A stretch of DNA of 64,000 nt from Ruditapes philippinarum (Eukaryota): NCBI RefSeq assembly GCF_026571515.1, contig NW_026856539.1, forward strand, positions 1-64,000, given 5' to 3'. Positions 24,590 to 39,062 of this stretch are shown here, piece after piece. The position numbers were made by a program, and so were the translations under genes. The notes beneath the pieces were generated by a model, which had not been told where the DNA came from, ran no database searches, and worked only from the letters and a program-made list of their open reading frames with translations. Positions within the stretch are counted from its first letter, which is position 1. Each line of letters starts with the position of its first letter.

Positions 24590-27500
24590 AAAATAAATAA
24601 TAAATAAATATATGTTTGTTCTCATTAGCTTAGAGGTCTCATTATTGTGACCAAGCTTATTTTCATGTGGTGCTAAAATCACTAAGTGTAATTTGTTTCG
24701 TTTTAATTGTAAATAAAAGAGTTCTATAAATAAATATCATAATTTTCTTGTAATTTTGTTTATGTTTGATTTATGTTTGATTAATATTCAACAGTGTCCA
24801 TATTTTAAAAAAATGTCTATAATTTCATCAATTTTAAATCCATGACATCGCTAAGAGTAATTATTAGGGAGATGAAGGTTTTGTAATATTATCAGTTCCA
24901 GAATTTTATTTTGAAAATACATCCGAGGATCCAATTTCGGGCAAGTTCACTGACTATAGGTTGTACACCCCTAATGCACTGTCTCCACGAAGTAACTAAA
25001 TCAAAGCACAGAAGGCGCTGAATTTGTTTGGGTCTCAGAATGTCAGAAAGGTGAAGGTTGTGAGATTATAAACCAATTTGTTTTTGTATAGTGCCACCTG
25101 TGCTTTCCAGTGTTTTAACTGTAGTAAATTGGCTAATTGCAACACTGATTCAATGTTTATTTGTCTTTAAAAAAAATTTAAAAATGAGTGGCCTCAACTA
25201 GGATTTGAACTCGAGACCTCTCGCTTCATAAGCGAGCGTGCAAACCCCCCGGCCATATGAAGTTATATGTTAACGGTCTGAAGAAAACCATATTATTCTA
25301 AATTAGGGTTTGTAACTTATTTTTTCGACGCTAAACACAGATGTAAATAATCATGTAGCATACTACTAAAGCATGAAATATCTATAAAAAATGAAACAAT
25401 ATTAGAAATCTTCGACCATTCGGGAACTACTTTGCTTGAATATTATTTTTTGACAATCTTTACGCATTGATCTCCCCTGAAAAGTTCGGCTTTGTGTTAC
25501 ATATAAAAGGGAAGTAACCGCTTCAAAAAAGATGGCTTACTTTTAGGCATATTTGCAATTAACAGCATTAGGCTCTGAAAATTTCGCTACAAATTATTTT
25601 GTTTGGGTCTGACGAAACCCAAACAAATAAAACTTAAAGATAAACAGTTGTGACAAAAACGAGAATTTATATTTTTGTCGTTAATTTCGTTCCCCGTTAC
25701 AACCGCGACAGAACGAAATAACGACATGCAGAAAATCAGTTCACCATAATTTCAAAGTCTTGGAGATATATCTATATATTTTTGAGCAACCATGTCCTAG
25801 TATATTTTTTGAACAAAACTTTACTTTTTAGCATTACATTGTACATGTATTTTCAAAACGCTAACTTAAAATTGACCGTGGTAATTGGAATGTACAGACA
25901 GCGACGTTCATGGCATAATAAGGCCTCCGGCCTAAAGTCTAAAGTTATAAAGAATCATAATCATTTAAGGAATAAATTTATAATATGCATGTTATATGGA
26001 AAATGTATTAAGATAAGTGTCGTTTGTAAACAGAGATATATTTGTCAGTTTTAATTAATTATTTATTGATAGCTAAAAATTAGAGAACAAGATTTAACAA
26101 GAAAAAGGTAATATTTGGTTTGATAGCAATTTTATAAAGTTTACAGGTCAATGATTTTGGAAAGTTCCCGATGCCAGGCCGATGCTTGCAAAGATTTAGT
26201 AACACGAGAATTATACATGTATAAATGTAACGCATTCCGTGATATTATTGGTCAAAGTCTTCATCTATGATACAGAATAATTCTTTGAACAACACTGTTT
26301 AAAAAGGTCCCTCATTCTAACATATAAACACATTGGAAGAAGGATATAAAATGCTGAGATTTACTTTTAGGCATTTAATCGGGTATTTTGCATTAAGCAG
26401 TTAACAGTAAGCATTAAGCAGTCGATTGTAAGCATTAAGCAGCCGATTGTAAGCATTAATCTGTCGACTGTAAGCATTAAGTAGTAGACTGTAAGCATTA
26501 AGTAGTAGACTGTCGTTTATAGAATTCCGTAAGAATATGACAATTCTATTTCGCTGTATAGCACCAGTATGTAAGTTTTGTACTGCAACGCTGAAAGTAT
26601 GTTGAAAGTTGTTATTAAATGATGCATTTACCATATACAAGCACTGAATCAAAATCTTCGCCGAATGAATTATTGGCATGGCATGAATAGTTTCCAAACT
26701 GACAGTCTCGAATTTTCAGTAACCGCAAACGAAATGTTGTCGTATACCCATCTAGATTCTTCTCAACCTAGAATACAGTGAAAATGAATAACGCGTATGT
26801 CCATAAACATGGATAATAGCAATAGAAACTGAAATATATTGATCATGTTGAAAAAAGTCAGTTATTATTAAAGCTAGTGCTCTGAATGTGTGTTGAAACA
26901 GATCACTTATTACTGACGCTACTGCTGTGTGTTGAAAAACGTCAGTTAATTAAGAGCTCTAACCGTTAACGTTTAAGCTTGTGCTCTTAGTGCTAACAAA
27001 GGTATGTAATCATTTACGCTATAGTGCTTTCAGTGCTAACAAAGGTATGTAATCATTAACGCTATAGTGCTTTCAGTGCTAACAAAGGTATGTAATCATT
27101 TACGCTATAGTGCTCTCAGTGCTAACAAAGGTATGTAATCATTTACGCTATAGTGCTTTCAGTGCTAACAAAGGTATGTAATCATTTACGCTATAGTGCT
27201 TTCAGTGCTAACAAAGGTATGTAATCATTTACGCTATAGTGCTCTTAGTGTAAACAAAGGTATGTAATCATTTACACTATAGTGCTCTCAGTGCTTACAA
27301 ATGTATGTAATCATTTACGCTATAGTGCTTTCAGTGCTAACAAAGGTATGTAATCAATTACGCTATAGTGCTTTCAGTGTTAACAAAGGTATGTAATCAT
27401 TTACGCTATACAATAGTAGTGCTTTAAGTGATGACAATTAAATGTTTGTGTATTTTAACTCTAGTGCTCTTTGTAATGACAAATGTCTGTTATCAGTGAC

Positions 27501-30500
27501 TTAAGTTCTCTAAGTGTATAAAATGTCCGTTATGCCCCGTGTTCAAGTGATCCTGATTTTATTTTCAATGTTTTATGTTACTAAAATTAATTTATTTTGC
27601 TAGAATTAAATTGTATATATTCAAAAATGTAAGATATTGCTGATTTGCAAAGAAACCAACCAAATTTTGGACAAAATCAACACATAACAAAACAAATACA
27701 AAAATATTGGGATCAAAATACGGATCAATTTTAGGATCAGGATCAATATTTTGATCAACTGAAAAATGCCTGTATTTTGCAAAAAATTTATAAAGTTTAT
27801 TCTAAAATTTCATAAACTTGCTATTGCAAGTCATGTTTTATCAATTTAATATAAGATATTTAATCTATGAGGAGAAACAACGAAGAATACTTGTATTTTT
27901 AAATTTGATCCTGATCTTGATCCTGATCCTGTGTGAACTTTGTGAACACGGGGTCAATGTTCTATGTGTTCTATGTGTTTAGAAATATCTGATTTCAGTG
28001 ACGCCAGTGTTCTATGTGTTTACAATTGTCGGTCATTTTTGTGCGATCGATTTTTGTAAACAAGACAGTTCCATCTTGAATAAATGTATATTTCAAAAAG
28101 GACAACACTACCTTGAATGTGTTCTTGTCCAGAGACTGTAATGCTTCATTGTCTTTTTGCCAATACATGTTAGTAGGTGTTCTTGTAAAAATCTCACATT
28201 CCAATATGACGTCACTTCCTTTAATCTGACCAATCATTTTAGCAAGCAATGATACTTTCGGAGCTTCAGTAAGAGTGAGATGATCTGATATTATAAAATG
28301 TTACATATTGTTTTATGTTCATGATAATACAAACATGTAACTTAAATATCACAAGCTTGTTCCCTTTTACGTAATATTTTTTGCAAGAAAAAGTAATAAC
28401 ATTTGATTGTGGAAATAAAAGTAAACAACGTAATCACATTAAAATCTACTGCAAATGCATCATATATTTTCTTGTTTCAAAGACATAAATTATCATTGAA
28501 ATTATTGTAGTTTGTTTTAAATTTATAAGTGTTTTATAAAATTTTAAGAGTTATGTATCACAACTATACCGCCACGTTTTTCTGTACTAGTAGTGCCGTC
28601 TGTACTTGTAACAATATTTGTACGCAAATCTGGAAGAACTTCTGAAAAAGATAATTAAAGAACAAGGACAAAAATAAAAAAGAAGAAAAAACAAAACAAA
28701 GACAAAAAAAGCAACAACAAAAACAACAACAAAGAAAATAGTTCTGATAAAGTGTGAAACTGTATTTCAATGACACATTCTGTTTACAGAGAAAAGATTG
28801 AAATTAAAATGCAGTTGTATGGTTGTATTCATTGTTCCAAATGAAAACGGGAAAAAAACATCACTTATGTCAGTGAACTCTTGTCCCATAATGACTATGT
28901 TTGTATTACAGTATGAAAAGGGATACAACACTGAATTATAGTCAAACAAGTTGAATGTAGCCAAAACCATGTACATGTACTCATTTTAAAAACTCGGTTC
29001 TTCCATGCGTTTTAAGCAGGACCAATTTCAAGACAGTGTGTCAGAAAATTCTTCCAGAAATTCAAATTTTATTAATAAAAGTGCCTGGTGTATTCCCGAT
29101 TTACCCTGTAAAATAATAATCTAGGATCGCACTGCATTTGGACAACATACTCGACCGACACAAAAGTAAGGCTAGAGCTACTTGTGGGTGGGTAGCGGGA
29201 GAGGAAATAAACACTGTTTTATTTTAGGCATAGGACCATTTTCCGTTGGTGCCGTAAATTTCGGTTGTATACATTAATTAGAATGGTATCATATATGACA
29301 CACTTACCATATAAAACAACAGTCTCACAGACCGTGCACACGGAATTTTCAGCGCAGCATTTGTACTCCCCAAACTGACTTCCCCTAACATTTTCTATCT
29401 TTAGTTTTAAAATTACTTCTGGAATATCATAATCCATTGTGTATACCTACAGAAAATATATGTAAATAAATGAAACTGACAATTTTATTTGATTCTTTAT
29501 AATGTTTTACATACTAGTAATTAAACTTTAACAACAAACACCATTGTTTCGTGATAAATAAAAAAGGACTTTTAATTTTGTATTTTTATGGATTCTTATG
29601 TCAATTTTAAGACATATTTGGGCATTTCTCGCCGGTTGATCCACCTAACCGGTTTTCCTGGATAACTAACCTGTAAAATAACCAATTTTTAGCAAGTGAT
29701 CGACTACTTATTCCATTCCACGTGAAATCTGAACTCAGCGTTAAAAAACAAATGAACATTAGACATTATGTCCGAAATATTATAATTGACATACCATGAG
29801 AAATCGTTCATTCCTATATTTCATATGCTCTTGTGGCGGCATGGCCGAGCGATCAACACATCGGACTAGATATCAAGGATTGCTGGCAATCTTAGTTCAA
29901 ATCCCGTCAGGGACAAGACATTGTTTCCGCGAGCAAGAAACAATACACTCATTGCTTAGTTGGTTTCCAAAACGGATTCGAGATTGTTTCAATAAGCTTA
30001 TAGCTTCAGACACTATCGAACTAAAATAAACTGATATAAATAAAATGCTTCTTTGTAAGGAAGTGATAATGCGTATAGCCATTTTCTCTCTGCATACAAA
30101 TGATTATAATGCTTTGGTACGCCGACGACATACTTCCAGAGTTTGCGTTCTGTATTGACAATAGTCTAAACCATACATATAGCTTACACTGGATACGTAC
30201 AAAGGTAACACCAAACACAGCTTTATTTGCCTTAAATTATTACGTTATAGTATTCCCTGGTGAAGAATTCTAAAGTAACATTATCCTTCAGCCAGTATAC
30301 ATCTTCCTGAGCGGCCTCGGTGACTTCGCATTCTAGTACAACATCATGCCCTAGATACTGTCCAATACGCCGTGCCATAGGTGTAATTCTTGGTATTGCT
30401 GTAAAAATATAGTCATAACTATCAGTCACGTGGTTTGTTCCCGGAACAGAATACTTTAGTACTTAAACAGGTTTTATGGCTATTTGAACAGGTTTTTTTA

Positions 30501-32263
30501 CCATTAAAGGGTGTTAAAATAAACTGATCTGCTGCAGATTAGTTACAATAAATAACTGAACCAATTTAGGGGAGGAATAAATCTTTAATAGATATAATAA
30601 ACTTTATTATGTATATTACCTGTAAAGTTGGTATTCGAACCATTGATGGCCCAAGCACACGCATCAGACTCTACATTTGCATCAACAGCTGTTGATAGAA
30701 GAAAATATCATTTTTAAAAATATGAAATTATTGTCTGTAATTTTGAATTCTAAATATGAATAAACAGACATTTTCCAAGTAATTTTTTTTGTATCAAGCT
30801 TAATTCTCCACTGTTTAAATATTTAGATACGTACAATTCATTGAAAGGCTGACTTTATCTGTCAGTGTTTTACAATTTGATACATTTAAAAATTACTGAA
30901 TTAATTAATCATGTCTCATGGATAGAGTTGGGTCATTTGGGATGAAAAATTAAACAAACAGTTCCACTTTGCTACCGGAAGCGACACATCTCTTTGTTCA
31001 TAATAAAGCTCATAATCCAATGTGAACATCTCGGATATTATAAATAACTGTTCTTATCCGAAAGGGCCGAGAAGATGCGATTGGCTCATAAATAAGTGAC
31101 CCCAAGAAATGTTTATCATACATCTTTTGATTTAATGAAAGACAATTCCTCGCTCCACATGTATATAAGGATATATACATAATAACAACTTACCATAAAT
31201 GTGCACCGACTCAGACCTGTTACCAGCTGAGTTCTCGGCAACACACGTAAACACTCCGAGCTGTTCTTGCTGTAGGTAAGACAGTGACAGACTTAACGTA
31301 GACAACGTGTTATCTGAATATCCCTGAAACATTCCCACCTAGAAATACAGATTAAATACCCTGATATAGAACTTGATATATGTATCCTGATACATTCTAA
31401 AATTGCATTTTTAATTTTAAAATATTGATAAAATTGTAACAAAATATAGTGACACCGCAATGTCGAAGAAAGGAAACATTACAATTAACTTCCTTCTCAA
31501 GCTGTTAATACTAAATGCAGCAGACATACCAATCTTACGTTTCATTCTGTTCCTTCAAAAAAAAGTCGATAGGCAAAATTCTGAACAGAAAAAGAATTAA
31601 TACGTTTGAAGGAAAGGTAAATATTGAGAAAAAATGAAAATTTACAATACGTCTACATATCTACAACACAAATCTACCAACACTTGTAACGACGTTGGTA
31701 GAACGTCATAATACTGATAATGAGCATAATAATATGCAAAAAAACTAAAGTTGGTGAATTAACATAGGGGAATGTTTCCCATATATAAAGACACAAACCG
31801 CTCTTGGTGGTGAGCTAGCTTTTCACCGACAGGGTTTGTGTGCCTTAAACATGTTAAAACGTTACACTCTTTCGTCAAGAGAGTCAAGTGATTTTATACC
31901 GAGTGTTAGCCTGCCACTTGGTGGATTTTTAATAACTTGTACACATATCGTAATTAAATATTAAAAAGATAAAAAAAAATATGTTAATATGCACCCTATT
32001 GCAAAAATCTTAATCAAACCTTATACAATTCTTCATTGGCAGATTCTAGAGTATCGTTGTCCTTTAACCAATATATAGTTGGTGTTGGAATGGAAAAAAT
32101 CCTACATTCCAAATATATCTTGCCTCCGATAGTGTGCCCTATTTCTTTTACTCTCAAATTTATTTCAGGCGCAACTGAAAAGAAAAAGTGATCGTTTAGT
32201 TGTTATTGAAGTACTTATACTGTATAATCATCACCATCATCGTCATAACTGCTGTCGTCGTCG

Positions 32264-32296
<33 letters not shown>

Positions 32297-35200
32297 CCAC
32301 CACCACCACCACCATCACCACCAACATCATCATCATCATTATTTAAAGAATATGAGATAGAACTATTGAGTTAAAACTATTTAGTTACTAAACATGTAAA
32401 CTTGTCAGTACTTACATATAACTGTAACTTTTATTTGCATGAAGGCAGTTAACGGATTTCTAGCATAGCAGTAGTACACCCCTCCGTCTTCTCTTGTTAC
32501 GTTGACAATGTTCATTGTCTCTCCTTTCATACCTGAAATATGTTTTTCTCAATATTGAACAACTGTCTACATCTCATTTAACGTGCCATTTTTTGAAATG
32601 TACTACATTTTATATTCAAATGGAATAAACTAGGTCCTTAATTAGTAAGGCTAAGCTATATCTATATACATATATGAAAGAAACAAATGCATGTAGATAT
32701 ACGTACAGTGCCATTAAATAATACCGAGTAGCAGGTTTAGTACTTGTGTGAAAAGTTATGTTGAAATATCTGAATTGCGCCTGTGCCCTTGATCACTGAA
32801 AATGTTAGCAGCATACAAATAGATTAGCAGATTTAATGAATGAAAATTGTAGCTTAAATGTTAGGAGAGGGGATGGCAGTATTCAGAGATAGATAGATAA
32901 ATGTAATGATATGAGATAATCCTTGTCTGTTAGTTGCTGTTTGATATCATATATATGTATAAACATATCGGACGAATAAGTAAGAGGCAGCACATTCATT
33001 TCCTGTCTTCTTTCTCATTTCATATTGACAACCAGAACTTAAATAGGCTAACAATGTTCATAAAACAAACCATTTATAAACAAGTTTTAAAAGAGGCACT
33101 ATTATGTTGGTAACTTTTATTGGAATTGAAGATTGTAGACACATACTTGGTAACGACCACGTGGATCCCTTTACCCATTCTATGTTTGGCTCAGGAATAC
33201 CTAATGCTTTACAAGTCAGTGTTAATGTTTCGCCTTCCCTCAGAGTAGTGTCGTGACTTGAAACATCCTTTCGTATTTTAGCAGGAACTGCGGTAAAATA
33301 GAATAGGAATATACTTGTAATATTGTATGTACATAATTTTCAGATTATGGCCAGCAACTTGACTTCCATGTAGATCGACATGGTCATATCATTCAAATTA
33401 TGTTCACGCATGTGTGTCACATGTTGGCCGGTCAGTCCATCTTGCCGGCTTTACTTGTTAACTAACTAAGTTATTACCATTATCCCCCAGATGATTTCTA
33501 AATAAATTAATTGTGAGAGACAAATGACTATTTCATTCGATGTCCGAGATCAATTGCCACGGAGCAATTCCGCCACGTCCGAGGATCGAAACAGCGACCC
33601 CTGGTCTATTGATCTGATACTCTCCCTATAATGTCGAAGTATTGTCGCTTGAAAGCATGGAATTACATGTTTATATGTGACATCTTAATACTAACAGAAT
33701 ATGGCCATGCTATGACAATTAATCAGTATAAGATAATGTATTATGATAATTTTTAACCATGGCAGGATTCATGATCGAAATATTTCAAGATATCTCAAAA
33801 TAAGATAACAATATTGAAACCTTCACGTGTTAATAAGATCAAGTTCATTGACGAAAGATCAAAAATACTTGATAAAACTGGCCACTTTATCTGGAATATT
33901 TATTTGATTTAAGACAGTTCATTTAATTTTTTAATGAGCATATGTAATAGAACATAAATATAACCGACACATCAAGGGTTTTACAGTATATACCTATAAT
34001 ATTTAGAGTGACATGTTTAGAGATTGGAGGATCTGTGTTTATACGACAGATGTACTGTCCCCTGTCCCTGTAAGTTACATTGCTTATATGCAAATTCCAC
34101 CACCCTTCGTTTGGGCGCTCCACGGTATATCTAGTGTCGTCTGTAAAAAGTTGTTGGTCTATTGCTAACAGACGGGTTTCATTTCGCAACCATCCAACCT
34201 AGTAAATAAAAAATACCAACTTTATACTTTTTTCCTGAAATGTTACCTTACTCATGGCCGATAAAGAAAGTATAGGGCATAGAAGATAAATGATTTAATC
34301 AGTGCATTAAAAATACTTCCTACGAAATATTTTTTGTTGACAAAAATGCTATATTCGAGTAGCTTATGAAGTTGAGTTTGTAATTTCATTTCTTGGCCTA
34401 CAATGAAAATGCATTATTGGCTGAATAAGTCATTTTTTATGTTGTTGTTTTGTAAGTTTCAATTGTTTTGTCTTAGTTTGCACCTCGTACAAATGTGTTG
34501 AGCTTATTCTAAAACTGGTATCCATCTCTAAATGTTTTTAGAAAACTATTTGAGTAAGTAAACGTGTCTGATGTCTGCTTCAAATTGTAACGAGCTATAT
34601 TTGGTTGCGTGATTCCTCATATTGTACTAGTGCTGCTTAATTCCAGGAAGCAGACTAGCAACTGGTAAAAATGAGCCTAAAACTTGTAACACAACTAAAC
34701 TAAAATGAATATGATAAAAGTAAGTATTTTGATTGTAATTAAGTATACAATGGTATACTATTTGCGCTTTCCTTCGTTAATCACTCTATCCAGTAAGCTG
34801 TATTACAATAGAATCCCGAAATAAGTTCTTCAACATATTTAAGGCAACATAAACAAATAGTAACAGAATATACATGGTCACGTGGATGAAATGTACGAAT
34901 CATGATCAACATAAACATTGTACAAACCTTGTATTTGCCCAAACCTTCTATGTAACACTCTAAGATCGCTGTTTCACCAACAACAAAGGTTACATTAGCA
35001 TCGTTTCCATTAATAACCGGCTTTGCAGTGTTTATATCTGGATATAAGAAGAAGTTATGTTTCTTACACTCTGATGTGACGCTGATAAGTGAAACAATGT
35101 CATAAATCTCAAAAGCTCAAAAATAGATATTATTAAATCTTTTACATGAAGCCTAGCGTATGCATATTGTTATTCTCTCAACAACTCAATAGTAAGGGAG

Positions 35201-35990
35201 CGGTGGCCTTAAAGCAGCACGCCTCTAGATTCATGTTAATTTTCATGAAAACGTTAGAAAAGTTTTTGAAAGTAAACTATTGTGAAGTGAACAAAAATAG
35301 TAATTTACATATTGCTATCGGCACGGAAAAATTCCAAAAGTGGTCAATATATGCAAAAACAGCCCTTAATGCGTAAGTAACGCAGTAGAAATATGGTACA
35401 TGTAATAAAATACTGCACCGCACATTACATGTAATATATAATTTGAATCTTGAATATTGTTACCTTTCTTAAACTTTTAGTACATTTTTCTCAATATTGA
35501 TTTTCTTGAAATATTTTAGGTCATCTGGAGGCGTGCAGCTTTAATTATAAATGGTAAAGAAATTAACCTAACGATTGTTGGTTCTCATCTTACACCCGTA
35601 CTATTTGGTTCCAGAAAACGGACTCGAAAGAAATTTCCTCGTAACGAGCATCCGTTACACATAATAAATTATTATTATAGTACTGCATATTTCCTGCATT
35701 ATTTTACACATTTATGCGGTATTCACAACTGAAAGCTTATAATTAAGCATATGTTACCTATGTGTGCGTGTGGTAATCATAAAGCAACAATAAAGCTTAA
35801 TGCATATTACATCAGATATGCTTTTGAACATAATATTATAATAAATATATCAATAGTACGAAATGAAGATACTGTTTGCAAAAATAGTATAAAAAATTGT
35901 ACAAAATATAAAAACATATACATAACCTGCCCCTGCCACTGAAACACCAAAATAAAACAGCAAAACAAATATTGTTAGACAGATATCCAT
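22829..35990 (-). CDS. Lachesin/IgLON-like GPI-type cell-adhesion protein with 5 Ig domains (~606 aa model)
   Basis: Phase-compatible GT-AG exons: 35990-35927 (signal peptide MDICLTIFVLL), 35037-34928, 34198-33994, 33287-33147, 32532-32416, 32174-32020, 31338-31194, 30688-30620, 30398-30244, 29446-29308, 28641-28570, 28284-28112, 26767-26632, 23324-23277 (less sure), 22920-22829 (DSGS plus hydrophobic tail). Ig C..W..G.Y.C motifs; WNLHISNV..DRGQYICRINTDP. Confidence 0.85.
24537..24610. repeat. (AAAT)n microsatellite
   Basis: Direct reading. Confidence 0.95.
24998..25630. mobile_element. Helentron/HINE-like interspersed element carrying a tRNA-like segment; partial copy at 7164-7300
   Basis: TTTGTTTGGGTCT near both ends, terminal hairpin TTTGGGTCTGACGAAACCCAAA, minus-strand B-box GAGTTCAAATCC and CTCGC/GCGAG stem at 25190-25255. 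First ~130 bp shared with 7164-7300. Confidence 0.55.
26388..26512. repeat. 21-bp minisatellite, about 6 copies
   Basis: GTAAGCATTAAGCAGTCGATT-like units; intronic. Confidence 0.9.
26981..27410. repeat. 43-bp minisatellite, 10 copies
   Basis: Unit TAGTGCTTTCAGTGCTAACAAAGGTATGTAATCATTTACGCTA, period 43, no spacers; intronic. Confidence 0.95.
27535..27953. mobile_element. MITE, possibly PIF/Harbinger (Tourist-like)
   Basis: TIR CCCCGTGTTCA / TGAACACGGGG; internal GGATCA/TGATCC repeats also seen at 11083-11132. Confidence 0.6.
29832..30030 (+). mobile_element. tRNA-headed SINE with CORE-like body
   Basis: A-box TGGCCGAGCG, B-box GTTCAAATCC, body TTGTTTCC..GAGCAAGAAAC..CATTGCTTAG..AACGGATTCGAG..ATCGAACTAAAATAAA. 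Confidence 0.7.
32229..32340. repeat. Compound (GTC)(CAT)(CAC) microsatellite, intronic
   Basis: Direct reading. Confidence 0.9.
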
Positions 35991-38900
35991 TTTATATTAA
36001 CTTCACATAAACTTTTTTCACACAAGTATAACCTCTGTCAATGCATGAATGCTCATTTTAACACACACAGAACGTTTCAGCTGCATTCTAGTTTAAGAGA
36101 TAGGCAGTGTTTTCCTGTAAACATATTTCAACATGTTCAAGGGAGATAAAAATGAAACATATCATAAATCTTATAGCAGCATTTAGTTTTTTTCAGGAAT
36201 CGAACATAAAGAAATGAAAATTGTCCTTGTTGTTCTGCACTGTTTTTCATGTCTCGTGTCCATACATATTTTTGTCCATTCTTTAACAATGTACACTGTT
36301 TTTATGCACTGGTTTATATGAAAAAAAGACATATTTTAAAAATCAATGATAAGCCCATAGACCCTGAATGTTGTTTTGTGCGTCCGTCTGTCCTTCTGCC
36401 CAACACTTTTGTCCGAGCAAAACTCGATTACTATATACGTTTTATCTCCTTAATTAAGTGAAATATGACACGTGTAGATTGGAAAATGGAATATAAAAAA
36501 AATCATAAAGTAATATGTACGTAATTGTATTTAAAGATATCAACGAAACTAAAAATCGCCATCAATACGCTAGTCATGTCGTCATTTTCACCAATGATCT
36601 TGTAAAATAAACATTTTCATGGAAATATTTTTTGACGAGGTTTAAAGAATAATGTCTCAGCAACCGTATGCGCTAACTCATTTCTTCCAATTTGGTGTAA
36701 AATAAAAATATTAGTCCATTTACTTATCGCGGTGCTCATTTGAGCCACTAAATTGCACAATTCTGCGTTACTTTTGCACAATTCCTGCGTAACTTGCACA
36801 CTCCTGCGTTCCTGTCATACTGGATATACACGGTGATATATAGATAGATCTCATTGATGCACTATACACCATATTTATTTTTGTGTTGTTGCCCTACTTA
36901 TATTTTGTCCGGAGCATAACTGGAAAAGTATTCGTTCAGTTTAGCATTTGTAGAGAAGTTAAGTTTTACTTGTGTTGTTATTAGCTGATGTGAAATCTAT
37001 AAAAACACAGATTTCATGTAATCTATATACAGCTTGGCTTGTTATGTACGGTGTTTTATTACCTTCTACTTACATTTATGACTTTCATGCCGGAAATGTA
37101 GCTATAACACAATTGATTCCGACGAAATCCGAGTTCATATCGAAGGATCCAACAGCACGAAATTAAAGTAAATTTAAGCAGGCAAATTACTTCTTAAAAC
37201 AACTTACTTTTCTTAAACAAACACTTTTCTGGCCTAATGGGTTCAAATCTCTACTGTGCACTTTCTTCTGTTGTTAACTTCAATAAAGTTATAACTTCAA
37301 TAAAGTGATTCAGACAGATTCTGTAGCAGTTAAAAGATCCATCTTGGCACAGGCTCGCAACTGAAACAATAGAAGAGAAGCATCAAGAATTTCTTTATGC
37401 CCTCTCAAGTAAAAAAAATGATAAATGCTTAGTTGCTTGTTGTTAAAAAAAACGGCACAGTGTAACTTAAAATCCGGAAAAGCTAGTGGTGATCCATCGG
37501 AAGCGAAAATTGCAAGCTCGGTTTTATTGAGTCTGTTCATGAGAAATAATAGAAAAGTGCAACATCCTTCACGCCCCCTAGCACCGGCTTTGGCGGTATT
37601 TTATCTTTAACACTTAATCAATAACTTGAATGGACCAGAAAAATATGATAACACTGAAGTGAAGTTCAGGGCAACTTTTTACACTTGACTACCGCTGTTG
37701 TGAAGTATAAAAAATTGCAAAAAAGGGAGCCTAATACCTAGATAAATAGAACATGTATATACATACAGTGGTTGCGTTTGTTAGCTTCAGTTCGCTAAAA
37801 GGACAAACCAGTGAATTCTAACTGTTAGACACTATGATATTAGTGTGGTATAAATTTATATTACAGATAAATATGCTAACTAGCAAAATAATGTAGTAAC
37901 TACGTGTAATATGAACAATATTACATGTAATTACCGACAGATATTTCTATAATGATCGGATGATTTGATGACACAAGTATATGATGAGACTGTACTAAGT
38001 CAGTAACCTTTATGAATGGTGTATGTGTGTTTTACGGTGTTCTCTTTAAACTCGTCACCTTGAATCAAAACTGTTTAATGGTTTCTTTTTTGTTTAAACA
38101 ATTGCGGCAATTTTATTCAGATACTTTAAGCTGTCTGTAAAAGACTCCCTTATGAGTTTCAGTTTGAAAATCGACTGAACCGTCCAAAAATGAGATGTAA
38201 TTCAAAGGTTTTTTAATCGAAGCACAGCGACTATTTTATTCAGTTGAATAGAATGATTTTAGTTATTTTTGTTAAAGACGATTTTTCTTTGATCAATCTT
38301 TGGTCAGTGAGTGTCTAATATGGCCAAACTCTATGATAACAACTAAAGCAGAAATTTGACATTTTATGAGAACAATAACAAGTGGTTAGTGGTGAGAGAG
38401 AGTGTCCGAAATAGTCTTAAAGCAACAAGCACAGTCATTTATTCTATGTTCATTTACTTTTAGTCACTACTAATGGTTGGTGAGGTCAGTGAAGAAACGG
38501 AAGTTGAACGCCACTAAATTTTTAAAATGTTATCAAGCTGTCAAAACCTCTATTTAACCGGGGTTTCTATTATACGGCAAAATGGTGCATGCACATATAT
38601 ATTGACGACGATTTCACAAGGTACAAGGTTACCCGGTTAAATCCACTTTCTTGCACTTTAAATGACACATGTTTTTGTACGAGACTGATTCCCTACTATT
38701 AACAAATTGTGTCACTAATAGTATAAAAACAGGATAGAAAACATATAAATGAAACATCAAATGAAAATAACTCCTCTGAAGAAGCCACATTAGCCAATAC
38801 CTACAGGAACTAAACGAAACACGTGTAAGTGAGTAACACCATTATAAACAGAACTATTGTTTTTAGAAAATGTCAATCCAAATTTGTCAATTAATGAATA

Positions 38901-39062
38901 ACTTTGAAACCAGTCATCAGCGCGTGCTTCTGTAATTTAGCATAAAATATATTCTAAAAGTTATAATACGGTGATTATTATCATATCATCATCGTACACT
39001 GGTAACAAACATAACGTTTGATAATACGGCGTGTAGAACACCGAGGAACACATTTTATAAAA

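Noticed and set aside
26401-26697. 98-aa ORF with LLNAY repeats
   Set aside because: Translation of the 21-bp intronic minisatellite plus an out-of-frame exon.
26981-27410. CRISPR-like array
   Set aside because: Units are contiguous 43-bp repeats with no unique spacers, inside a spliceosomal intron, with no cas genes.
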